From an uncultured Planctomycetota bacterium (lineage in GTDB: Bacteria; Planctomycetota; Planctomycetia; Isosphaerales; Isosphaeraceae): 64,000 nt of DNA. Below the pieces are notes generated by a model. The model saw nothing but the letters and a program-made list of their open reading frames with translations, had not been told where the DNA came from and searched no databases. Each line of letters starts with the position of its first letter. Position 1 is the first letter of the stretch. The DNA lies in contig CAWJTV010000044.1 of assembly GCA_963845755.1 (NCBI GenBank), positions 1 through 64,000 of the forward strand, read 5' to 3'. This document shows, one piece after another, positions 31,088 to 41,863 of the stretch. A program made the translations under genes and the position numbers.

Positions 31088-32728
31088 TCACTTGGGGCAA
31101 CCGTTGTTGATCCATGTCACGATCATCTGACGATAATAGGCCGACAGGTCCCGGGTGACGGGCATGGCAGCCGGGTCGGTGAAGGGCAGACGGATGACGT
31201 CGAGGATCTGGGCCCGGCCATTCTTCACGGCGTCATAGTCCGAAAGATCGAGCCGGGCCTTCATCCCCGGGTAAAGCCTTGCGTACTGGCTCAGCACCGG
31301 TCCCACGTCTTCCCACGTGGGAGACGTCACCGATGCGCCCTTGTCGAAGACGAGCACGCTCAGCGCGCTGATGGAGGTAGAGGCCTGGCCGATCTGACCC
31401 CAGTTCTCCCAGTCTCCGCCCAGGTAGTAGACCTGGCTCCCGATGAACTTTCGACTCGCCGGCAGCGGAGTTGGCTGAGAGGCCGAGACCTGGAGGATTC
31501 CTTTGCCTGAGGCGTCCAGGGTCACCTGGCTGTCGAATTGCAAGGCTCCGGGCGGATCGTTGGTCCCATCCGGACCTTGGTCCAGGCCGACGGAGAGGGC
31601 CTGGCCGGTCAGGGGGGCGCCGAAGCGCGTCGCATAGAGCGTAGCCTGACCCGACTCGCCCGGGTTCAGCCGGAGGGAGAACGGCTCCAGGTTGGCGTAG
31701 AGCCCGTCCGAAGGCTCGCCGAGCAGGACGGTGGGGGGGGTGTCCGCGGTCTGGATGGAGAGCGGGTTGGTCCCCAGGAGGCCCGCCTGGGCGGTCGTGA
31801 GCGGGACGTCGAAGACCCAGGCGTTCTGGGAGTACGACGTGGGATCCGCCGTGAGGGCCGTCGGGAGAATCACCGGTCCCTGGGGTGCGAGGATTACCGC
31901 CTGGAGCGGCGACTGGTTGACGGGCGCGCCTCCCGGCGCCGCGAGCTGGAGCGAGTTGCCCAGATCGACGGTCAGCCGCTTCCCATCCGCCGACACCTGC
32001 CACGGTGCGGGCCAGGTTGCGTTGGTCTGGGGTAATAGCCGGCGACCCATCACGAACTGCGCCGGCTCGTAAGCCCCGCTCGGCCCGATCACGCCGGCCA
32101 GTCGGCCCTGGCAGAACGTCGAGCCCTGCGAGTCGTCGAAGGCGTCGGTGAGGAACTTGATCGAGAGACGATCGGGGCTGACGTCGTACAACCGCTTCAA
32201 GAGTGGAGAAGCGTCCTGTCCCACCCACTTGAGGTCGGTGAGGACCGACTGCCAGATTCCGCTGGCGGCCCCGTCTCCGCCGCTGCCGAGGGCCCGCTGG
32301 AACCAGAGGTCGCGCAGCTCGGCCACCGCCATCGACCCGGTAACCGATCCCTTGCCTCCCGCCAGCGTGAGCGTCACGACGACGCCGACGAGCTGCGTGA
32401 TCGACTGCTGGTCGGGGTCCAGGTCGACGATCTTGGCGACCCGCGTTTGCGGCTTCTGGGGCGTCTCCACCGCCGAGCCCAGGACCGGGTCCGTTGACCC
32501 CGAGCCCAGCGGGTTCCCGTCGGGACCGACCGCTCCAGTCACCCGGCAGTCGAGGAACCGGAAGAATGCCGAGCCGCCGGGGTTCCAGGACTCGAACCCC
32601 GGCGCATTGGGATCCGTATCCTGGAGCACGACGGAGGGGTCGAAGTTCCCCGGATCGTTGTTGATGGTGGATGGGTCGGCGAAGAATTTTCCGGAGAAGG
32701 TGATGCGCGGCAAGTCGAGGTAACTCAT
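31088..32728 (-). CDS. VioB/RebD/StaD N-terminal-like protein lacking the ferritin-like C-terminal domain
   Basis: MSYLDLPRITFSG..PSTINND; WNPGG; VDLDP; LYPGM..MPVTRDLS. Confidence 0.7.
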   Translation of the reverse strand: MSYLDLPRITFSGKFFADPSTINNDPGNFDPSVVLQDTDPNAPGFESWNPGGSAFFRFLDCRVTGAVGPDGNPLGSGSTDPVLGSAVETPQKPQTRVAKIVDLDPDQQSITQLVGVVVTLTLAGGKGSVTGSMAVAELRDLWFQRALGSGGDGAASGIWQSVLTDLKWVGQDASPLLKRLYDVSPDRLSIKFLTDAFDDSQGSTFCQGRLAGVIGPSGAYEPAQFVMGRRLLPQTNATWPAPWQVSADGKRLTVDLGNSLQLAAPGGAPVNQSPLQAVILAPQGPVILPTALTADPTSYSQNAWVFDVPLTTAQAGLLGTNPLSIQTADTPPTVLLGEPSDGLYANLEPFSLRLNPGESGQATLYATRFGAPLTGQALSVGLDQGPDGTNDPPGALQFDSQVTLDASGKGILQVSASQPTPLPASRKFIGSQVYYLGGDWENWGQIGQASTSISALSVLVFDKGASVTSPTWEDVGPVLSQYARLYPGMKARLDLSDYDAVKNGRAQILDVIRLPFTDPAAMPVTRDLSAYYRQMIVTWINNGCPK

Positions 32729-32822
32729 GGCGACGGCCTCCAGTCGGGGTCTCGATGGGAGAGCAGGTCAGCATCCCTTCGGCTCGGATCGGACACAAGT
32801 GTCGGGCCCTGCGCACGGTCCA

Positions 32823-33863
32823 TCAATAGTCCCCGGGGATCTCGCCCCCGGCGCGGCTACCGAGTGCGCTCCAGACGTTGATCGCGATCGTGTTCTTCAT
32901 GAACGCAACCCTGCCGTCGCACAGCAGCGCGTGGACCCCTCCGGGATGGCGGCTGTGGGACGTCACGTTGTGCGAAAGCATGTCCCAGAAGAGGTTCGTA
33001 TCGCTGCTGTGAGGGAGTCCGCCACGGCAATCGACGCCCCGGTCGTTGGGCGTTCGTGCGTGGTTGTACATGCTATGTCCCGGCGCTCCGTAGATCCAGA
33101 TGACGCCCCTCGTCATGTTCAATTTCAGCCCCGGACCGCTGCAATCGGCGGGATAGTTGACCAGTTGTGGCCCGGTGGACTGGTCGTTGCCACCGAGCGC
33201 CAGGACGAACCCGTTCGTGGGACTGACACCATCCCAGTAGCCGGGGATGCCATCGGAGATGACCGTCTCGCTGACACCGACGGTGTTCGACGTGCCGTCG
33301 GTAATCGACTGGACGCCGATCGCGGAGTTCTCGAAGAAGACGCCCGTGACGGGAATGCCGGTGGGGTTACGCGGCGAGACCGGGAAGGTCGTTCCGGTGT
33401 TTAGAGGGTAATTGTGAAGCGCCTTCTGATCCGACCGGGGAACGAAGATGTCGCTCGGGCACAGCAGGGACCCGAGGTTGGTGTAGAGGGCCGTCGTATT
33501 CTCGGGTTGGAGGCCGTTCTCGCCCGCCAGCGCGCTCGACGGCGCATTGTCGGGATTGAGGTTGAAATTCGTGGCATTGTACAGCGGGCCCTGGTCCAGA
33601 TGGGGCAGGAGGTACGCATAGGCGGAGAAACATCGACCGTTGTGATCGACCAGGCTTCGAAGCCGACCCGGGGGGAAGACGTTGAGCGCCGAATGGTAGT
33701 TGTGCATCGCGAGGCCGATCTGCCGCAGGTTGTTGCCGCACTGGGCACGGCGCGCGGCCTCGCGCGCCGCCTGAACCGCGGGCAGCAACAGAGCAATCAG
33801 GATGGCGATGATGGCGATCACCACCAGGAGCTCGATCAGGGTGAATCCTCGTCTCATTCTCAT
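32823..33863 (-). CDS. DUF1559 prepilin-type protein
   Basis: [74 protein letters not shown]. Confidence 0.95.
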   Translation of the reverse strand: MRMRRGFTLIELLVVIAIIAILIALLLPAVQAAREAARRAQCGNNLRQIGLAMHNYHSALNVFPPGRLRSLVDHNGRCFSAYAYLLPHLDQGPLYNATNFNLNPDNAPSSALAGENGLQPENTTALYTNLGSLLCPSDIFVPRSDQKALHNYPLNTGTTFPVSPRNPTGIPVTGVFFENSAIGVQSITDGTSNTVGVSETVISDGIPGYWDGVSPTNGFVLALGGNDQSTGPQLVNYPADCSGPGLKLNMTRGVIWIYGAPGHSMYNHARTPNDRGVDCRGGLPHSSDTNLFWDMLSHNVTSHSRHPGGVHALLCDGRVAFMKNTIAINVWSALGSRAGGEIPGDY

Positions 33864-34371
33864 GATCCTCCTCCGTCGAGGCGCGATATCCCAACGAACG
33901 GCGATCACTGCCGCTGCATGAGAGGCCGCGATTCGAATTGCAACGAGTCCTGCTGATCCACTTCCGTCCCTGGGCAACACGTCCTGGGACACCCAAACGA
34001 TCGTGAATACGGCCGCGAGCAACGCGATCCGTTCTTTCCAACGGACGTGCCTGTCCGTTAATCGCTCTCCATCTGACGTGCCAGATCGGGCAAACTTACG
34101 GATTCGTCGCCTGAGTCGACGGGCCATGGACGAATCGGTTGAGCCTCATCCGCGCCCCCTTGATGACGCTAAGGTAGGTATTATTCTGAGATCCCAGAAC
34201 GAGTGTCAACAAAAAACTCAGCATTCTTTAGACAATTCAACGGAAGGTGTGCTAGCCATGGAAAGAAATTCTTGAAACTCTTCATTTTAGCGTTGCGATC
34301 TCGACAGATCGTCCCATAGAATCCATTTCCCTGTCTGGCCGGTCCCGAGTTCTTTGGGTCATTTGGACGCG

Positions 34372-36099
34372 ATGAGGCAGCCAATCAAGTCGGATCCTGA
34401 GGGGTGCCCCGGACCCGGAACGGGCCACCGGTCGAGCGCGGCTCTCGTGGCCTGCGTCGGCGTCCGTCCTGAGGACGCGGCGGTGCAACTGGTCGGCGTG
34501 GGCGATCGGGCGGAATGGCTGCTGTTGCGGGCCGACCGGACCGGGGATTGGTCGTCGGCGTGGGTCCGGTCGATTGGCCCTTGGCGGCTGATCTACGCGC
34601 TGCGGACCCGGGCGCACGCCGGTTGTGCCGACCCAGGCGATCCGCTCCGCGCGGCGCGGCTCCGCGCGGCGGCCGCGTGTCATGACCTGGTGGAGCTGGA
34701 GGCCCCTCACGATCTGACCCTCGAGATCCTCGCGTCGATCCCGCCGCGCCGCCGACTGATCACGTGGCGCGGTCCGGCGGAGAGCGGCCGGGCCTTGACC
34801 GCGCGGCTTGAGTGGTTGACCGGCGTGGATGCCGCGGCCTACCAGCTCGTGGTGAACTGCCGTCGTCCCTGGGACGGGATCGCGCCGCTCGAAATGCTGC
34901 ACGGATCGCGACGGCGCGATGTGGTCGGGTTCGCCGATGGCGAGGCGGGGCTGTGGAGCCGCGTGCTTTCGCCCCTGCTCGGCTCACCGTTGGTCTTCGG
35001 CGGACTCGATGGGGCCTGCGATGCGGGCGAACCTTCCATCACTCGACTCGTCGAGGACTTCGGGCTTCCCGACCCCGGGCCGATTGCGTTGACCTTTGGA
35101 ATCGCCGGAGACCCCGTCGCCCATTCTCTCTCGCCCCGGCTGCACAACGCGTGCTACCGCGCGATGGGGATCCCGGCCGTCTTCCTCCCGTTCGAGGTGG
35201 ATTCGTTCGACGAATTCTGGGGCGAGCTGGCCGCGAGCGGGGTCCTGGAGCGGCTGGGTCTCCCGTTGCTGGGACTGACCGTCTCCTCGCCCAATAAGGA
35301 GATGGCCGCGGCGACGGTCCCGGTCGTCAGCCCGGCGGCGCGACGCGCCGGGGCGGCGAACCTGGTGTATCGACGGGGCGGCCGATGGGTCGCCGACACG
35401 ACCGACCCCGCGGGTGTCCTCGAAACGCTCGCCCGGCGCGGGATTGCGCTCGCGGGTCGTCGGGTCGCCGTGGTGGGCTGTGGCGGCTCCGGTCGTGCGA
35501 TCGCCTCGGCGCTGTCTCGCGCCGGCTTGGAGGTCGTCCTCGCAAACCGCGGCCGGCCGCGCGGCGAACTGGCGTCACGTCAGCTCGGGCTGCCGGTTCT
35601 CGAGCTGGCAGCATTCTCGCCCGCGGATTTCGGCCTCGTCGTCAACGCGACCCCCGTCGGTCGCGCCGGCGGGGACCTGCCGTTCGCCTGCGACCGACTG
35701 GCCGCCGGCGCGGTCGTGGTCAACCTGGTCTATGCCGCGCGGCCCACGCCCCTGGCCGTCGCCGCCGCGTCGCGAGGCGCGGACGTCATCTCGGGTCATG
35801 AGGTCCTGCTGTCCCAGGCGGCACGACAGTTTGAGAAGATGACCGGCAGGCCGATGCCGCTGGAATTGGCGGCCGATTGCCTGAACTCGCGGGCGTCGAA
35901 GGCGAGGGCGCGTGTGCCGGGCGAGGATAGGCAGCCCGGCTCGACGGCCGACCCGAGCCGTTCGGTTGTGGGGGCCGGGAACCCTGGAAGCACGTTCGGT
36001 CCCGGAGGTACACCTCACTTCCTCAGGGCCGAGAATCAGGTCGAAAATGGATGCGGTTGGCCGACGATTTCGACCCCAGCGCGTCGTTCGGGGAAGTGA
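34372..36099 (+). CDS. Type I 3-dehydroquinase-like + shikimate dehydrogenase-like fusion (AroDE-like, divergent)
   Basis: HSLSPRLHN, SSPNKE, GAANLV, TTDPAG, GCGGSG, VNATPVG, QAARQF. Confidence 0.8.
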   Translation: MRQPIKSDPEGCPGPGTGHRSSAALVACVGVRPEDAAVQLVGVGDRAEWLLLRADRTGDWSSAWVRSIGPWRLIYALRTRAHAGCADPGDPLRAARLRAAAACHDLVELEAPHDLTLEILASIPPRRRLITWRGPAESGRALTARLEWLTGVDAAAYQLVVNCRRPWDGIAPLEMLHGSRRRDVVGFADGEAGLWSRVLSPLLGSPLVFGGLDGACDAGEPSITRLVEDFGLPDPGPIALTFGIAGDPVAHSLSPRLHNACYRAMGIPAVFLPFEVDSFDEFWGELAASGVLERLGLPLLGLTVSSPNKEMAAATVPVVSPAARRAGAANLVYRRGGRWVADTTDPAGVLETLARRGIALAGRRVAVVGCGGSGRAIASALSRAGLEVVLANRGRPRGELASRQLGLPVLELAAFSPADFGLVVNATPVGRAGGDLPFACDRLAAGAVVVNLVYAARPTPLAVAAASRGADVISGHEVLLSQAARQFEKMTGRPMPLELAADCLNSRASKARARVPGEDRQPGSTADPSRSVVGAGNPGSTFGPGGTPHFLRAENQVENGCGWPTISTPARRSGK

Positions 36100-36103
36100 T
36101 GTT

Positions 36104-37428
36104 ATGTTGCACGACTTGAGCCCTGAGCATCGCAATCTTGTGGGTCGGGTGTCCGAGCTGGCGCGCGGTCGGTTCGCCGGCCGGGCCGACCGCTACGACC
36201 GGACCGCCACCTTCCCCGCCGAGGACTTCGCGGACCTGGTCGGCGGCCGTCTTCATGCCCCCGCGGTCCCGAAGGCGTACGGCGGGTGCGGCCTGGGTCC
36301 GGACCAGGGGCTCTTGACTCTCTGGTCGATGACCCGAGAGCTCGCACGCGCCGACATGTCCCTGTCTCGGTGCTGGGAGGGACATGTCAATTCCCAGGTC
36401 CTGCTGGCGGCGATGGCCGGCGAATCTCAGCAGGCTCGCTGGTTCGAGGGGATCGTCGAGCGAGGCGAGATTTGGGCGGCGTGGAGCGGCGAGCCGCAGT
36501 CGCGGGTGCCGGGACAGGTGGCACGGTTCGGCACGACCTGCCGCAAGGTGGATGGGGGCTACGAGATCGAGGGGACCAAGGCGTTCGCCACCAGCGCCGT
36601 GGGCGCACGCTGGGCGATCCTTCTGGTCAACCTGCACGGACCCGGCGGGGCACGCCACGCCGACCCGCGCCGGCCGACGGGCTATTCCTGATGGCCTGCG
36701 ACCTCTCCGACCCGACCGTGAGCTTCGACGCGACGTGGTGGGAGCCGATCGGTATGCGCGCCACGGTCAGCTACCTCGCGCGGTTCGATCGCACGTTCGT
36801 CCCCGCCGAGAACCTGATCGGTCAGCCCGGTCAGTATCTGCGCGACCAGTGGCAGTCGTGCTTCAGCCCCCACTACGGAGCGACCTTCCTCGGCGGGGCG
36901 GAAGCGGCGTACGAATATGCCCGGAATCACGTCGAGGTCCAGGGCAAGCAGGACGATCCCTATGTGCAGCATCACGTCGCCACGATGGGACTGAACATCG
37001 AGTCGTCCCAGCTCTGGCTCCGCAATGTGGCCGGCCTCTGGCAGCAGGGCCGTCGCACCGAGGCCCGATCGTCCGGCAATCGCGCCCGCTACCTGCTGGA
37101 GCAGTGGTCGCTCGACACGGTCAACCGTGCCCTGAAGACCTGCGGGGCCCGGGCGCTGATCCGGCCCAGTCCGCTAGAACGAATCCACCGCGATCTCAGC
37201 TTCTACGTGCGGCACGACAACGCCGATTCCGTCCTGGCGACGATCGGTCGAGAGCTCCTCGGCCGGCCGCACGACGGCTCGTTCTTCCATCCGTCCGATC
37301 GATCGACCCGGCCAGGCCTGGCCCGAGGAGCGCCTTCATCATGCAACCCGCCCGTGGATCTACCGGTCTCCGCATCTGGGGATTGGCGCTCGGCTACTTC
37401 GGATTCTATATCCCCTACAGCGGATTGA
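36104..37428 (+). CDS. Acyl-CoA dehydrogenase / flavin hydroxylase family protein; frameshift near 36670
   Basis: FPAEDF, PKAYGG, WEGH, GTKAFATS, WEPIGMRATVS, LERIHRD. Confidence 0.85.
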
Positions 37429-38831
37429 CGAAAGCCCTCACGCAAGGCGCCCTCCCGGGTTCGGCCGGACCGACGACGGGGTTCATGATCCTGCCGGCCA
37501 CGGTCGTCGCCACGACGACGGTGCTGCTGGTCATGATCACGGCGGCGGGAGGGTGGCGCTGGATGGAGCGGAGGCAAGTCCTGGGACTGCGGATCCCCTC
37601 GGTCCGACTCTGGACCTTCATCTCGGGCCTGGCGACGGCCATGATCATCGCCACGACGACGCTGAACTACACATCCGCGGGGATCTCGATTCTGCTCGCT
37701 TTGCTGCTCATGAGGGGCGGCGTGCTGATCATCGCGCCCTTTATCGACCTCATGACCGGTCGCCTGGTCCGGGTCGGCTCCTGGATCGCGATGGCGCTGA
37801 GCTTGACGGCGGTCGCCCTGGCCCTCTCGAACGTAGGTTCCTACCGGATGACCCTGCTGGCCGCCCTGAACGTGGCCGCTTACCTCGGGGGTTACGTCAT
37901 CCGACTGAACGTCATGTCGCGCCTCGCCAAGGACCCCGATCCCGACGTGAACCGGCGGTACTTCTACGAGGAGACCTATGTCGCGGCAATCGCCCTGGTC
38001 GCCATCCCGGCCCTGATCGCCCTGATTGTCCCGGGGTCGATCGCCGGCCAGCTCCGGGACGGTTTTTCCGGCCTTTTCACGAGCCCGTCTTCGGTCCCCG
38101 CACTGGTGATCGGATTCCTCTATGGCTGTCTTTACCTGTTCGGGACGTGGATCTACCTGGATCCTCAGGAGAACACGTTCTGCATCCCCCTGAACCGATG
38201 CTCCAGCCTGCTTTCGGGTGTCGTGTCCTCCTATGCGCTCGCCGTGTTGCTGGGCACGAATGCCCCCGGGTCGCGCGAGTTGGCGGGTGTCGCGCTCGTC
38301 GCGTCAGCTCTGGTTGTCCTGATGACCGAGACCTTCGCCCGAGGGTGGGTCAACCGGCTCACGCCGAGCCAGCGGATCTTCCTATTCGTCTGCGGGGGCA
38401 ATACGAGCCGGTCGCCGATGGCCCAGGCGATCTGCAATGCCGAGATCGCGCGACGTCTCGGCCTGGACATCGACAATCTGTCCGGGGGTCCGGTGCTGGC
38501 CCTCAGCGCCGGCCTGACGGCGGTCCCCGGCCGGCCGCTGACGGCGCCGTCGATCGCGGCCCTGTCTCGCGCCGGCGTCGCACCCCACGACCATAGGTCG
38601 CGCGAGGTCACCGCCGACCTCGTCGAGCGGGCCGAGGTGGTCTTCTGCATGACCGACGCTCTGCGCCAGTCCCTGGTCGAGCGGTTCCCCCAGGTCGCGG
38701 CGAAGGTCCGGCGCCTTGACTCCGAGCGGGACATCGACGACCCCAGCGGCCTCGGAGACGACGCCTATCATGCCCTGGCGGAACACCTGCGGCGACTGGT
38801 CGTCGCGCACCTGCCGGCGATGGGCGTCTGA
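37341..38831 (+). CDS. Multi-pass membrane protein (about 10 TM) fused to a low-molecular-weight phosphatase domain
   Basis: Hydrophobic N-terminal two thirds; FVCGGNTSRSPMAQ (CX5R), SAGL, DIDDPSG. Confidence 0.85.
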   Translation: MQPARGSTGLRIWGLALGYFGFYIPYSGLTKALTQGALPGSAGPTTGFMILPATVVATTTVLLVMITAAGGWRWMERRQVLGLRIPSVRLWTFISGLATAMIIATTTLNYTSAGISILLALLLMRGGVLIIAPFIDLMTGRLVRVGSWIAMALSLTAVALALSNVGSYRMTLLAALNVAAYLGGYVIRLNVMSRLAKDPDPDVNRRYFYEETYVAAIALVAIPALIALIVPGSIAGQLRDGFSGLFTSPSSVPALVIGFLYGCLYLFGTWIYLDPQENTFCIPLNRCSSLLSGVVSSYALAVLLGTNAPGSRELAGVALVASALVVLMTETFARGWVNRLTPSQRIFLFVCGGNTSRSPMAQAICNAEIARRLGLDIDNLSGGPVLALSAGLTAVPGRPLTAPSIAALSRAGVAPHDHRSREVTADLVERAEVVFCMTDALRQSLVERFPQVAAKVRRLDSERDIDDPSGLGDDAYHALAEHLRRLVVAHLPAMGV

Positions 38832-38944
38832 GTCAGAGTAGTCGGGTGCTCCGTGAACACCAGGATGGCTGTGTCTCGGTGCTCATCGAGCACCCTCCCA
38901 TCCACCTGCCGCGCTTCTCGTACCCTTCTCGAGCGGAGACCCCC

Positions 38945-39531
38945 TCAGGTATCCGACAATCTCGATCCCGCCAGAGCCCGGGTGTACCAGGCCAGCTCAT
39001 CGAGGAACGCCTGAAGGCGGCCCGCCAGGCGCGGCTCGAGGGGGTTTCCCGCCTCGTCCAGCGCCGAGTCGACCGACGCGACGGGAAAGGGCACGGGGAT
39101 CGGAACCCCCCCCATCGCGAGGCAGACCAGCCGGAGCTGCGCCAGGCAGACGATACCGCCGAACGCGCCCGAGGAGACGGTGACGATGCCGATGGGTTTG
39201 CGACGGAAGATGCCGGCCTCGAGATGGTCGAGGGCGTTCTTGAGGATTCCCGGATAGCCTCCCTTGTATTCGGGGGAGACGATGACCAGCCCATCGGCTC
39301 GGGCGATCTTGTCGCGGAACGACGGGAAGCTCGGGGGAGGCGTATCGGTCTCGTCGGGCCGCTCCCGCAGGATCGGCAGGTCAACCACCGCCAGGTCGAT
39401 CAGCTCGGTCTCGAGCCCCTCGCGCCCGACAGGCCGTTCAGGAGGAACCGGGCCACACGCTCGCTACGTCGCCCGGACCGGCGCGTGCCGAGTAAGACGG
39501 GGATGTTCCGGACGGGCTCGGCACTCTTCAT
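38945..39531 (-). CDS. NADPH-dependent FMN reductase (5' frameshifts)
   Basis: ADGLVIVSPEYKGGYPGILKNALD; KPIGIVTVSSGAFGG. Confidence 0.85.
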
Positions 39532-39540
39532 CGGATCTCC

Positions 39541-40305
39541 TCAACGGTCCACCAGGTCCAGGAGGCACCGTTCATCCATCGCAGACAAGGGTGTGAAATC
39601 GGTCCGGCAGCGGAAGTCGCCGCGCGGGTGCGTGATGGCCGTATTCTCGACGGAATTATAGATCAGGTAGCAGATGCAACGCGGCCAGGGTGTGATGTTG
39701 CGCGTCGAGCCGTGGACCGCGTTCGCGTGGAGGAACACGACCGAGCCCGGCGGGCCGATCATCGCATCGATCCCCCCTTCGCGGACCAGCTCCCCAATGA
39801 TGTCGTCGTCGATCTCCATCCGGTCGGGAACGTAGATGTGACCGCGCCGTTGCGATCCCGGGATGATCATCAGCGGCGCATTGCACGCGTTAATCTCGTC
39901 GAGGAACACGCCGATCAGCAGCGCGTTGAATCCTTGCAGGCCGTCCTGCCGGAACCACTGGTTGTAGTCCTGGTGCCAGCCCCAACCACCGCCGGCGAAT
40001 CCGGAATTGAAATTGAGACGGGCCTGATAGATATACGCCCGGGTGCCGAGAAGTTGCTCGGCCGGGACGAGCACGGACGGATGACGAGAGAGCCGGTAGT
40101 AGGCCTCGTCGTGGATGTCCACGCCGAAGAGGACCTTCGGCAGGTCTTCCCTGTCCGGCTCGAGGACGACCTCCGGGCCGCGCCGGGAACTCATCTTTTC
40201 GAGCCCTGTCCGTAGCGTCCCAATTTCGCTCGCGGAGAACAACCCCGGGAAGAAGAGATATCCGTCCCTGGCGAACTGATGGATGTGTTGGTCGGTGAGC
40301 TTCAT
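39541..40305 (-). CDS. PhyH-family Fe(II)/2OG dioxygenase (ectoine or proline hydroxylase-like)
   Basis: WGWHQDYNQWFRQDG, IPGS, AVHGS..R. Confidence 0.85.
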   Translation of the reverse strand: MKLTDQHIHQFARDGYLFFPGLFSASEIGTLRTGLEKMSSRRGPEVVLEPDREDLPKVLFGVDIHDEAYYRLSRHPSVLVPAEQLLGTRAYIYQARLNFNSGFAGGGWGWHQDYNQWFRQDGLQGFNALLIGVFLDEINACNAPLMIIPGSQRRGHIYVPDRMEIDDDIIGELVREGGIDAMIGPPGSVVFLHANAVHGSTRNITPWPRCICYLIYNSVENTAITHPRGDFRCRTDFTPLSAMDERCLLDLVDR

Positions 40306-40522
40306 CGCGCCGGCTCCTCGCCCGGGCCGGAAGGCCGATCGGTCGCAACTTGTGTGAGCGGTGCGAGTGTGTACAATACACGCTCGCCTCTCCGAAGGGA
40401 TATGATAACGACTCCCGACCCGTGTGCGGACCCGCTTGCTCATTTTTCTGGCCCGAGGGTCCTTCCGGGTCGGTCCTCGGGGTTCGACAGGCGATGAACT
40501 CAACATTTCGCGGGACGAATCG

Positions 40523-41863
40523 ATGCCGAGCCCGACGCGCGATACTCATCTGGCCGTCAACGGCGGAAAACCGGTCCGCTCACGCCCCTTCGCGCCGTCG
40601 TGTTTCCTCGGCGGCAGCGAGCGGGAACTCCTCCTGGAGTGTCTCGAAAGCCAGCAGTGGTCGAGCTTCCGGGCCGGTACGCCGGGCCAGGACATTCATC
40701 ATCTGACGGGATTGTCCTCGGAAGAGCTCGCCGCTTACGGACCGATCGAGGCGCGGTTCGTCGGCGGCAAGTATGTCAGGCGCCTCGAGTGCCAGTTCGC
40801 ACGCTACACGAGAACACGCTTCGCCGTGTCGGCCAACTCTGCGACCTCGGGTTTGGTCATGGCCCTGGGTGCGATCGACCTGAACCCCGGCGACGAAGTG
40901 CTCGTGCCCTGCATGTCGTTCCACTCCACCGCCACCAGCGTGTTGTTCTTTCATGCCGTACCCGTCTTCGTCGAGGTCAAGCCCGACACCTACTGTATCG
41001 ACCCGGCCGATGCGGAGGCAAAGATCACGGACAATACCAGGGCGATCCTCGTCGTCCACCTCGGCGGGAACACCGCCGACATGGACGCGATCCTGGCGAT
41101 CGCCCACAAACACTCACTCCGGGTGATCGAGGATTGTGCCCAGGCCCCGGGCGTGACCTACCGCGGGCGACCCGTCGGCTCGATCGGGGATGCCGGCGTC
41201 TTCTCGCTGACCGAGACGAAGAACATCACCTGCGGAGAAGGCGGGCTCGTGGTCACGGACGATCCCCGGATCGCCCGCAAGGCGCGGCTCATCCGCAATC
41301 ACGGTGAGGGGGTGGTCCAGGATTCCTGGCCGGACGACGAGCTGGTCAACGTAATCGGGATGAACCTCCGCCTGACCGAGCTGCAGGCGGCCGTGGCCAT
41401 CGGACAGCTCGATCATCTGGACGAACGGAACGCCATCCGCCGCGAAAATTACGAGTACCTACTCGAACTCACGCGACGCTTCCCACAACTGGTGCCGCCC
41501 AAGGCGGAAGCCGGCGCCGATATGGTGTGCTACATTTTGAAATGGCGCTACCGGCCTCGGGCCAGCGACCCCGACCGGGCCACGCTCGTGAGGGCAATGC
41601 AAGCCGAGGGAATCCCGCTCGTCGAAGGCTACTCACGCCTACTCCACGAGCTGCCGATCTTCGCCCGCCGGATCGCCTACGGCGCGCACGGCGCCCCCTT
41701 CGTCCCACCTTACCACGAGGGTCCTTTACGCTACGGCACGGGATCGTGCCCGCGTTCGGAAGCGATCAACGCGCAGTTCCTCTGGTTTACGTTCGTGCAC
41801 CCGCCCAACAGCCGGAGCGATATGGATGACGTCGTCAAGGCATTCGGAAAGGTCTTGTGTTGA
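40523..41863 (+). CDS. DegT/DnrJ/EryC1/StrS sugar aminotransferase
   Basis: NSATSGL, PGDEVLVP, IEDCAQA, FSLTETKNITCGEGG, NLRLTELQAA. Confidence 0.92.
   Translation: MPSPTRDTHLAVNGGKPVRSRPFAPSCFLGGSERELLLECLESQQWSSFRAGTPGQDIHHLTGLSSEELAAYGPIEARFVGGKYVRRLECQFARYTRTRFAVSANSATSGLVMALGAIDLNPGDEVLVPCMSFHSTATSVLFFHAVPVFVEVKPDTYCIDPADAEAKITDNTRAILVVHLGGNTADMDAILAIAHKHSLRVIEDCAQAPGVTYRGRPVGSIGDAGVFSLTETKNITCGEGGLVVTDDPRIARKARLIRNHGEGVVQDSWPDDELVNVIGMNLRLTELQAAVAIGQLDHLDERNAIRRENYEYLLELTRRFPQLVPPKAEAGADMVCYILKWRYRPRASDPDRATLVRAMQAEGIPLVEGYSRLLHELPIFARRIAYGAHGAPFVPPYHEGPLRYGTGSCPRSEAINAQFLWFTFVHPPNSRSDMDDVVKAFGKVLC

Noticed and set aside
31088..32728. Violacein or indolocarbazole cluster
   Set aside because: No VioA/RebO, VioE or StaP-like genes, and the protein is about half length
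39541..40305. Ectoine hydroxylase ectD
   Set aside because: HQDYNQW differs from the EctD HSDFETWH signature and ectABC are absent
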